Positions 1 through 7,149 of a DNA stretch of 10,936 nucleotides are shown one piece after another (the stretch's first letter is position 1; each line of letters begins with the position of its first letter). Location of the stretch: the NCBI GenBank assembly GCA_964510585.1, contig CAZECW010000005.1, positions 1 through 10,936 of the forward strand. The letters run 5' to 3'. The translations under genes were made by a program, and so were the position numbers. The notes under the pieces are model-generated. The model was not told where the DNA came from, made no database searches, and worked only from the letters and a program-made list of their open reading frames with translations. The DNA is from an uncultured archaeon (GTDB taxonomy: Archaea > Asgardarchaeota > Jordiarchaeia > Jordiarchaeales > Jordiarchaeaceae).

Positions 1-251
1 CCAGTATGCGTCGGCTGAAAAATATCATTATCTGTTACGAACCTAAAATCATAATAAGTACCGCACAGAGGGCACCGCCGCAAATCATGCGATTCATCGA
101 ACCACTGAACCATTTCCAATTCGCGGAATGCATCTGGAAAATGTTCATCCTCATCAAAATCAACAAACAGAGCTTCACCTAACCTCTCACATATCGGACA
201 AGAAACAGTTTTATTCATATGATTATTATCGCTAATTACCTTATTATCCAT
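1..251 (-). CDS. Partial (runs off the left edge) small Zn-binding protein with two CxxC pairs; not in the ORF track
   Basis: Manual translation of the minus strand from ATG 251 (alternative ATG 218): MDNKVISDNNHMNKTVSCPICERLGEALFVDFDEDEHFPDAFRELEMVQWFDESHDLRRCPLCGTYYDFRFVTDNDIFQPTHT..., with no stop before position 1. CPIC and CPLCG form a Zn-ribbon-like pair. Confidence 0.6.
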   Translation of the reverse strand, partial: MDNKVISDNNHMNKTVSCPICERLGEALFVDFDEDEHFPDAFRELEMVQWFDESHDLRRCPLCGTYYDFRFVTDNDIFQPTHT

Positions 252-550
252 TATCCCAGAGAGAGAAATTCAAAAAAGAATCATAAATAATAATCGTAAG
301 ATGAAAAACTCGACAAATCATGCTTCCTTAGCGCTCTTACCATTGGAATCACGCTCAGCTTCACAAAGTAAATGACGCAGCCAAATAAATCCACATCTGA
401 AATCCTCATTGTTATATTTAGGTAAGGTTTCAATTTTGAAAATCAATTGTTCAAACGTGTTTTTTAAAAATTGTATGAGTGGAAACATTACAAAGTGGTG
501 TTTGGATGGATTTCTTCTGGTGAAGAGTTAATGGGCTTCTGTATTGTAGT

Positions 551-1903
551 TCATCCCATCATGCCTCCGCCGCCTCTTTCTCGATAAGCGTAGGACTTGG
601 TCCAACTTGTTTGGCCTTTAATGGAAATAGATTTCGGTGGATTCAAAGCGTGGAATTCGTCTGTTTTTGGTTTGCACACATCTTCAAATATGCATTTACC
701 ATCAAAGGTTTTTAGCAAATTGTCACCTCTTAAAAGTAGTTTTCCATTTTCTCGAGGCAATTGGGAGGAATTTATTTGACAGGGTAAAAATCTTCTTTTA
801 GGCTGAGCAGGTATTCTCTTTCCGCTTATTCGACAGTTTATGCAATTTTTGAGTTGTGCACCGAAGTGGTAGAATACATGACCGTTTTCGCATTTGTATT
901 CTACTACATTATCGTCGCAGTATTCGCGTCCAATACGGTAAAGTAGAAAATCCATCTGGCAGGGTGATGAAGGTGCTGTGGATGGGTCTAATCTAATCCA
1001 TTCTTCCCATACTTTTCTCCAGGCTTTGGCGTTCATTTCATCGATGTGGGTATACTGATAACAGAAAATGTCCAAAAAACTGGATAGTAGAGGAATGTCT
1101 GTCTGCAGGATACGAGTTCTTAAGGCTAGTTTCATGGTATTAATATCGCTGGCAACATCTATTTTGTCAAAATTTTGTAATTTGGGCCACACTGCCAATT
1201 CCACCATGTCTCGTATGAACATGTTAGCCTTCTTTAGTCCATAACCCATGTTGGGAGTGTTCACCAGCGCTGCCCTAATTTGTACAGCGTCGTTATTGAA
1301 AATTTTTGCTATTTCGTATGCGGATATATTTCTTTGTAGTAAGAAAAGGGCGGCATTTTTGGCAAAATCTAGTCGTTTATCGGTTTGGGACAAGCGTGTC
1401 ATGCCTAAAAATTTCAAAAAATCATCAGGGTTTTCAAAAATCTCCTTGGCGTCAAATCTCGTAGGATCCTGAAAATATCTCCCAAATTGATTTTCGGGCG
1501 GGCCTCTAAAGTCTTGATTAGCTGTGAAAAATCTAACTTGGGCGATGGCTTGAGGCGGTAAACCTAATGTTTGATGGGTAACTCCAAGTATCTGTCTTCC
1601 ATATTTTCTTATAGCATTTGAAAGAGCTTGCGCAGCTAATCTCGATTGGTTCTCGTCTATTCTTGCATTTAATATCTCTTTGTGATTCGCTTCCCAAAAT
1701 TTATGGAATTCCGAAAAGTATTGAAGTTCCTCTCCTTGGAACGTGGTAGTGCCTATACCTTCGTATGTCTGAAAAAAATATTCATTTAACTTTTCCAGAA
1801 AACGCTGAGCCAATTGAACCTCGGTAAGTTCAGTCCAAGAAGAGGGTAAGGATATTCCAATTCTTTGGTTTATCTCCTTTATAAATTTTATAAAATTTCC
1901 CAC
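551..1903 (-). CDS. EndoIII/Nth-like HhH-GPD superfamily DNA glycosylase-fold protein (450 aa) with probable Fe-S cluster and inserted Zn ribbon
   Basis: The HhH motif LVNTPNMGYGLKKANMF aligns to E. coli Nth LPGVGRKTANV (K224 = catalytic K120). DVASDINTMKLALRTRI aligns to IAVDTHIFRVCNRTQF (D253 = D138). LYRIGREYC and KCIFEDVC align to Nth LILHGRYTC and SCIIEDLC. The GTG start is 1 nt after the upstream TGA, with a GAGGGGG SD-like sequence upstream. Confidence 0.8.
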   Translation of the reverse strand: MGNFIKFIKEINQRIGISLPSSWTELTEVQLAQRFLEKLNEYFFQTYEGIGTTTFQGEELQYFSEFHKFWEANHKEILNARIDENQSRLAAQALSNAIRKYGRQILGVTHQTLGLPPQAIAQVRFFTANQDFRGPPENQFGRYFQDPTRFDAKEIFENPDDFLKFLGMTRLSQTDKRLDFAKNAALFLLQRNISAYEIAKIFNNDAVQIRAALVNTPNMGYGLKKANMFIRDMVELAVWPKLQNFDKIDVASDINTMKLALRTRILQTDIPLLSSFLDIFCYQYTHIDEMNAKAWRKVWEEWIRLDPSTAPSSPCQMDFLLYRIGREYCDDNVVEYKCENGHVFYHFGAQLKNCINCRISGKRIPAQPKRRFLPCQINSSQLPRENGKLLLRGDNLLKTFDGKCIFEDVCKPKTDEFHALNPPKSISIKGQTSWTKSYAYRERGGGGMMG

Positions 1904-1904
1904 C

Positions 1905-3521
1905 TCAACGATTCCCCCTCTTTAATGTGAATATTAATAGGTAGCGGTGTATGATCTCTAAGTTTTTGTTGCCTGAGGGCGTTTTGGCAGAGTTTTCTTT
2001 GTTATCAGGAGTAACTATAACAATTTCTTTTATTTTAAACTCATTAAAAGTTGACATCTCCTCCATTATGCTAACACCAGTAGGATGCACTAATCCATTA
2101 ATTCGAACATCCTTTGTATCTATGACTAAAAAACCCTCAGGAGCAAGAAAACTCCTTGCCTCCTCAACGATTTTTTTAACAGCTCCTAAATATGCTTTAA
2201 TATTCTCTTGTCCAAGTTTTTTAGGATGAGACAAATACACAAGAGATGGAGCAAAATTTGTTTTAACATTAAATTTTTCATTAGCGCCATTGAAATTAAT
2301 CTCCAAATATTGGCTGTCTGAAGCTAGAAATCTTCCAATCAAATTACGTTTTATTTCTTCATCCATTTCCTCTTGTGGCAAAATCCACACCGTAGTGGTC
2401 TCAAGATTTTCTCTTCTGAGCCCACTTATTTTTCTAACAACGGCTTCGTAATGAAAAACATCACATTCGGAGGAATAATTTATGCCTGCATTTTCCTGTT
2501 CTGGTTTCTCAAAAATAGGTAAATACTCGTGTGCCAAGAGTAAGAAGTTATACTTAATACTTCTATCGTACCAAAAGCCGGTCGTTTTACAATTATGTTG
2601 ACGTTTAATAACCAACTCCTTCAACACAAACCCCGCATCCAGAAAAACCCTAATAGTTCGAAAACCGATTGGAACCACCTGTTTCTGCTTCCTTGTATCC
2701 CCTATGAGAATTGTACATTTCCCCCCCGGCTTAAGCACCCTATAACTTTCACGAGCAACCTTACCTATCTCCACAAGGAAATCTTCAATCTTAAACTTTG
2801 ACAAGTCCCCCTCAACCTTGGAGCTATAATTTATTATCCCCGCATAGGGAGGATGCGCACATATCAAATCAACGCTTCCATCCGGAATACCTGACAAATC
2901 CCGCGCATCACCAACAGCCACCTCAGGTTCATACACCCGAAAACTTTCAAGAAGCGGCTTTGAATCAAAATTGAGATTTTCCCTCGTTAAACCAATAGCA
3001 GCCGGATTTATATCCCTAGCAATACATCTCCTACCCAAAAGTTTAGCTTCAACCGCTGTTGTTCCACCACCCACAAAATAATCAAGCACTACTTCCCCGG
3101 GCTTGCTATACTTAAGTATCACATTTCTCGGAATATAAGGAGACCAATTCCCCCTGTATCTCCCATCATGAGTCGCCCAATCTCCCCTCTGCTTAAAACT
3201 CCAAACCGTCGTAGTTTCCTCCCTAAACTTTCTCGGAGCCCAATACTTTACCTTCTTAGGCCTTTTCAGAACCGAAATATTAATACCATATGCTTCAGTT
3301 ATGATTTCTTGTAATTGCTTGAAGGTAATTCCGTATATTGCCCCTAAATCTGGATCAGGCATCCCGCTTTCCTTTGCCTTAAGCACAGCGTTTCTAAACG
3401 TTCCCTCCCCATGAACGTTCCTTATATGCTCACCGAGATTCTCCTCTACCACCACATCGCAAACAGGACACTTTCCATTATGATATAACTGGGTAGCTGT
3501 ATTTCTCATTTCACTAACCAA
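1905..3521 (-). CDS. N4-C/N6-A amino-methyltransferase (N6_N4_Mtase-like, HPPY type) with N-terminal C2H2 finger + HTH and a degenerate C-terminal MTase duplicate (538 aa)
   Basis: Motif I VLDYFVGGGTT (aa 145-155), motif II RDIN, GDAR, motif IV DLICAHPPY (aa 218-226) and RVLKPGG. N-terminal C18-x2-C21...H32-x4-H37. Aa 373-533 repeat the MTase scaffold without its catalytic motifs. The TTG start has GAAGGAG 6 nt upstream (3528-3534). Confidence 0.9.
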   Translation of the reverse strand: MVSEMRNTATQLYHNGKCPVCDVVVEENLGEHIRNVHGEGTFRNAVLKAKESGMPDPDLGAIYGITFKQLQEIITEAYGINISVLKRPKKVKYWAPRKFREETTTVWSFKQRGDWATHDGRYRGNWSPYIPRNVILKYSKPGEVVLDYFVGGGTTAVEAKLLGRRCIARDINPAAIGLTRENLNFDSKPLLESFRVYEPEVAVGDARDLSGIPDGSVDLICAHPPYAGIINYSSKVEGDLSKFKIEDFLVEIGKVARESYRVLKPGGKCTILIGDTRKQKQVVPIGFRTIRVFLDAGFVLKELVIKRQHNCKTTGFWYDRSIKYNFLLLAHEYLPIFEKPEQENAGINYSSECDVFHYEAVVRKISGLRRENLETTTVWILPQEEMDEEIKRNLIGRFLASDSQYLEINFNGANEKFNVKTNFAPSLVYLSHPKKLGQENIKAYLGAVKKIVEEARSFLAPEGFLVIDTKDVRINGLVHPTGVSIMEEMSTFNEFKIKEIVIVTPDNKENSAKTPSGNKNLEIIHRYLLIFTLKRGNR

Positions 3522-3562
3522 GATTTACTCCTTCAATAAACCGTGAAACTTATTATACACCC

Positions 3563-3582
3563 TCAATTGAATATAAATTTCT
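3563..3582 (-). promoter_or_regulatory. Putative archaeal BRE/TATA promoter of the MTase-glycosylase operon, with an adjacent 8-bp palindrome
   Basis: The minus strand reads AGAAA-TTTATAT (3582-3571), immediately followed by the palindrome TCAATTGA (3563-3570), about 50 nt upstream of the TTG start. The AT-rich context makes a chance match possible. Confidence 0.4.
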
Positions 3583-4137
3583 AATGCCTTTTAAATATTT
3601 ATAAGCCTCGCATAACTCTCCTCATAGAAAAAACAGAATATACGCTTTATTATTTACGAACAAGATGATAAACCTAAGAAAAAAAGTCCGAAAAAAAGGT
3701 TGGCGTTCTTCCACCACAAGGTAGAATTGCCGGGCACAAATTCGAAACTTTACCAATCGTTATCTTAGCAAACAATTTTTCACATCTTACACTTTTGGAA
3801 ATATGGAGTGTTTTATAGATTCCTCTTGAGGACCATTTTGCAACTTATCTTTAAAACCAACTCAGCGATGCTAAATTATGTTAGTCTCTACTCCCAGCAT
3901 TACTAAAATCAGCGAACAATAAGCTTTTTCGATGTTAAAAAGAAAAACATGGAGGAAAGGGTAACCAAAAACTTACACCATCAATGCAACCAAAACAGGA
4001 CGAAAACCTATCCCCGCACATAAGACACAATTTCTTTCACTCATGTTCACAAACAGATAGATATTGTACATCTGGGAAAAGAGCCTCTTTGGAGGAGTTT
4101 AAATTTTACAAAGCAAAATATACCTGGGGTTCTTAAA

Positions 4138-5061
4138 ATGCAAAAAACCACAAATTACCGGCAAATGGAGGAAATCACAGAAGAAGACTACAAAAAATTT
4201 GTTAGCCAGAAAAAAGAAATCATCCAAAATGATGGCGACAAAAAATACAAAATCAGAATCGGTGAAAAAAGAACCATAAATGAGCTCCAACCCAAAAATT
4301 TTAACCCAGAGACAACCACAGTTTGGTCATTCCCAAACAGAGGAAACTGGGCAACACACAAAGGAGATTTCAGAGGAAACTTCGCCCCCCAAATACCCCG
4401 AAACCTAATTATAAAATACTCCAAAATCGGCGAAACAGTCCTAGACCAAATGTGCGGCTCAGGCACCACCCTAGTAGAGTGTAAACTGCTGGGACGGAAT
4501 GGAATAGGTGTGGATATCAACTATGAACACATTATTCTTACCAGAGACAGACTATCATTCAACTTGGATTCTCAAAATACAGATAATAAAACCTTGCAGA
4601 AAACATTTGTGGGAGACGCAAGAAACCTAAACCTAATACAAAATGAATCAATAGACCTAATAGTAACTCATCCTCCATACGCTAATATTATACCCTATTC
4701 TAAGGACGAGGTTAATGGCGACCTTTCAAAAATAGGAAATGTTAGACAATATCTCGAAGAAATGAAAGTTGTTGCCACAGAATGCTTCAGAGTTTTAAAG
4801 CCCAATAGGTATTGTTGCATAATGGTCGGTGATACAAGAAAGAAAGGATACTATGTTCCGATAGCCTTTGAAGTCATGCAAGTTTTTCTAAACACCGGTT
4901 TTCTGCTCAAAGAGGACGTAATAAAACATCAATGGCATTGCAAGAGTACAAAGTACTGGCTTGAAAAATCAATTCAACACAATTTTTTACTCATAATGCA
5001 CGAACACATATTTGTTTTTAGTAAGCCAAAAAGAAAAGAAAATTTGGGTTTTTTCTGCTAA
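4138..5061 (+). CDS. Second HPPY-type N4-C/N6-A amino-methyltransferase, paralogous to 1905-3521 (true start possibly ATG 4165, MEEITEEDY)
   Basis: ETTTVWSFPNRGNWATH...RGNFAPQIPRNLI, motif I VLDQMCGSGTT, VDIN, GDARNL, motif IV DLIVTHPPY (aa 173-181), RVLKP and HEHIFVF. It aligns end to end with aa 101-340 of the 538-aa MTase. Confidence 0.92.
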   Translation: MQKTTNYRQMEEITEEDYKKFVSQKKEIIQNDGDKKYKIRIGEKRTINELQPKNFNPETTTVWSFPNRGNWATHKGDFRGNFAPQIPRNLIIKYSKIGETVLDQMCGSGTTLVECKLLGRNGIGVDINYEHIILTRDRLSFNLDSQNTDNKTLQKTFVGDARNLNLIQNESIDLIVTHPPYANIIPYSKDEVNGDLSKIGNVRQYLEEMKVVATECFRVLKPNRYCCIMVGDTRKKGYYVPIAFEVMQVFLNTGFLLKEDVIKHQWHCKSTKYWLEKSIQHNFLLIMHEHIFVFSKPKRKENLGFFC

Positions 5062-5421
5062 TCGGTTAATTTTCGGGAATTAAATGAATTCACCCCTGGG
5101 TTTCAGAAAACACAGAGGGTAATCCAATCAATCTTATTAATTGGCAACCAATTTTCTATCAATTTGGGTACTAATACTATTTGGTTACTACTGGATTGTT
5201 TTTTTGTATGAAACTTAAATCATCATCCTGACGAGTTAAATTTGTTTCATCAACCCCTTTTTCCCGGTTTATTCTTTTTCCGTTTATGGAAGTTGGCTTT
5301 ACCTCTATTTGATAATTAGGAAAAATGAAACAAACCAAATTCAACATTGCCAAGTTTTTAGTTTTTTCTTTATTCCTATTTTTGACGGATATTTCAAAAT
5401 CGGGGAAGTTATTGGGAGGGA

Positions 5422-7140
5422 TCAGATTGTTGTTATTTGTAGTTTTCTTTTTGTTGTTTGTATTTGTGTGTCTGTGCTGGTTTCGATTATTGCTCTTACT
5501 TTGTTTTCTCTTATTTGTGTGATGTTTAGGTTTGTTCTTATTTTTCCGCTACTTATTTTTATGGTTGTTGCGTTTGCTATTTCTGTTGAACATTTTTTGG
5601 GTAGGCGGAGTAGCATTACTGATTTTAGTGTGGGGTGCCATGCCTTAACCATTATTTGGTTTTGTTGTTCTGTTGTTTGTAGTATGTACATGGTTTGGGC
5701 GTAGGGTTTGGGGCATTTCGGGATTGGAGTGAAACTTTCTATTTTTAGGGCTTTGTCCAGCGGAGCTTTTGTTTGGTCTTGAAGTTCTTCTTCTGGTAAT
5801 ATTTCTCCCAGTTTTTTCATTATTGTTTCAGTTACTTCTTTGTCTCGCAGTTTACAGTAGTTTTGGAGGCAGTGTGCGGCTTCTGTTTTTGCGGCTAGGG
5901 GTGCTTCCAGCTCTAGTATGGCTTCAAATATTTTGGGTGGATGTGTTGTGTTTCCGAGTGTGTGGAGGTCCTGGGCTGCGTTTAATAAGTATTCTGGATC
6001 TGCGTCTGGGGGTAGGGGTTGTCCTGTTGCTGCCAGTATTAGGTTTTGTATTTGTTTTATTTGGGGTGTGGTTACTGTTGTTTTTTGTAGTATTTGGTTT
6101 AGGGTGTTTTGGGCTTTTTCTATTTCTTGGTTGGCTAGTTGAATTATTGCCATTAGTGCTAGGGTGTTTTCCAGGTTTTCTGGGGTGTGTGCTGGGTATA
6201 GTCCGAGGGCGTTTGTTATGTTTTTTTGTGCTTCTTGGGATTTTCCTTGCTCTAGGTTTTTGGCTGCGGTGCGGATTTGGGCTTGGAACATTTTTTGTTG
6301 GAATATTATTTGTAGTGGATGGTGGGTTTCGGGTGTTAGTTGTTTTGTTTTTTGTGTTAGTTGCCATGCGATTTCTGTGGTTAGGTTTTCCAGTTCGCTG
6401 GGTTCCTCTGTTTGGCTGAGTTTTTTCAGTAGGTTTGGGAGTGGTTGTAGTATTGTGAGTTCTTTTTCTTGGTTTTTGTCGAGTTCTTCGTCGTTCATTA
6501 TTTTTTGTAAGGCTTGGTTTATTCGGGGTGGTAGGGTGGGTATTTGTGCTGTTTTTTGTACTATTTGGCGAGTTGTTTCCAGTATTTTGTGGATTATGGG
6601 CGAGATGGAGCGTCCGGCTCTCAGTCTGTATTGGAGGAAGTAGCTTGCGGTTTCTGTTGCTGTGAGTAGGAGTTGGTTTCTCTGTTTTTGGGTTGGTGCC
6701 TTTGAGGCTACTGTGCTTAGGAGGTTGAAGGGTTTAACTATGTGTAGTTGGGGGCTTTTCAGAATGTTTGTGACTGTTTCTTCGATGCCCTGGTCGTCTG
6801 TTACGATGTGGGTTTCCTCTTGTTCAGAAAACTTTTTGGCGAGGTATAAGACTTCTATGTCTGTTTCACTTTTTTCAGCGGATATGTAGCCTCTTTTTGT
6901 GGCTTCCCTTTTTATGTTTTTAAATTCTGGCTCGCTTATGTTTACTTGTTCCGCTTTGTCTATGAACAATTTCACTTTTTCGATGGGCAGTCTGCCTTGA
7001 TCAACTTCGTGTAGCACTGATTGTGTGGTGTAGATTCCTGTGTTTTCCTGTTTGAGTATGTTTCTTATTTCTTGGAGTTGGTCTATGTTGTTAGTGTTTT
7101 CCAGGGCTATGAAGAAGTTTGCGTCGAATACTAGGTTCAA
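5422..7140 (-). CDS. PIN-domain nuclease with long helical (TPR-like) middle region and beta-rich (OB-like) C-terminal domain (572 aa)
   Basis: PIN acidic residues are intact: VFD6ANFF, SVLHE45, SETD94IEVL and IVTD115D116. Amphipathic helical repeats follow (e.g. LEQGKSQEAQKNITNALGL, QLANQEIEKAQNTLNQI), then an alternating hydrophobic beta-strand C-terminus. The TTG start is 9 nt after the upstream TGA with a GAGGGA SD. The TPR and OB assignments are inference. Confidence 0.8.
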   Translation of the reverse strand: MNLVFDANFFIALENTNNIDQLQEIRNILKQENTGIYTTQSVLHEVDQGRLPIEKVKLFIDKAEQVNISEPEFKNIKREATKRGYISAEKSETDIEVLYLAKKFSEQEETHIVTDDQGIEETVTNILKSPQLHIVKPFNLLSTVASKAPTQKQRNQLLLTATETASYFLQYRLRAGRSISPIIHKILETTRQIVQKTAQIPTLPPRINQALQKIMNDEELDKNQEKELTILQPLPNLLKKLSQTEEPSELENLTTEIAWQLTQKTKQLTPETHHPLQIIFQQKMFQAQIRTAAKNLEQGKSQEAQKNITNALGLYPAHTPENLENTLALMAIIQLANQEIEKAQNTLNQILQKTTVTTPQIKQIQNLILAATGQPLPPDADPEYLLNAAQDLHTLGNTTHPPKIFEAILELEAPLAAKTEAAHCLQNYCKLRDKEVTETIMKKLGEILPEEELQDQTKAPLDKALKIESFTPIPKCPKPYAQTMYILQTTEQQNQIMVKAWHPTLKSVMLLRLPKKCSTEIANATTIKISSGKIRTNLNITQIRENKVRAIIETSTDTQIQTTKRKLQITTI

Positions 7141-7149
7141 AGCGTTCCC

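Noticed and set aside
428-441. Inverted repeat TTTCAA-TT-TTGAAA (similarly TAAATATTTA at 3592-3601)
   Set aside because: Short AT-only palindromes are expected by chance in DNA this AT-rich.
551-1903. Calling the 450-aa protein a conventional Type II endonuclease or a plain nth
   Set aside because: No PD-(D/E)xK/HNH/GIY-YIG motif was found. It is about twice the length of Nth, with a split Fe-S motif and operonic coupling to an MTase.
3620-4100. Possible decayed reading frames in the spacer between the MTases (and in 5062-5421)
   Set aside because: Only short stop-interrupted frames with no recognisable motif were found; a pseudogene call cannot be supported without a search.
597-4520. Short ORFs 597-779, 1248-1472, 1951-2229, 2595-2801, 4099-4290 and 4188-4520
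   Set aside because: They lie antisense to well-supported genes and have no recognisable motifs.
1905-5061. Calling the MTases tRNA m2G10 methyltransferase Trm11
   Set aside because: There is no N-terminal THUMP domain, and the context and the VW...RGN-P-IPR segment fit DNA amino-MTases better. The substrate is still formally untested.
5924-6367. 147-aa T/N/K/P/R-rich minus-strand ORF resembling a low-complexity or overlapping gene
   Set aside because: It is an alternative frame inside the PIN CDS, and its composition follows directly from the A/C skew.
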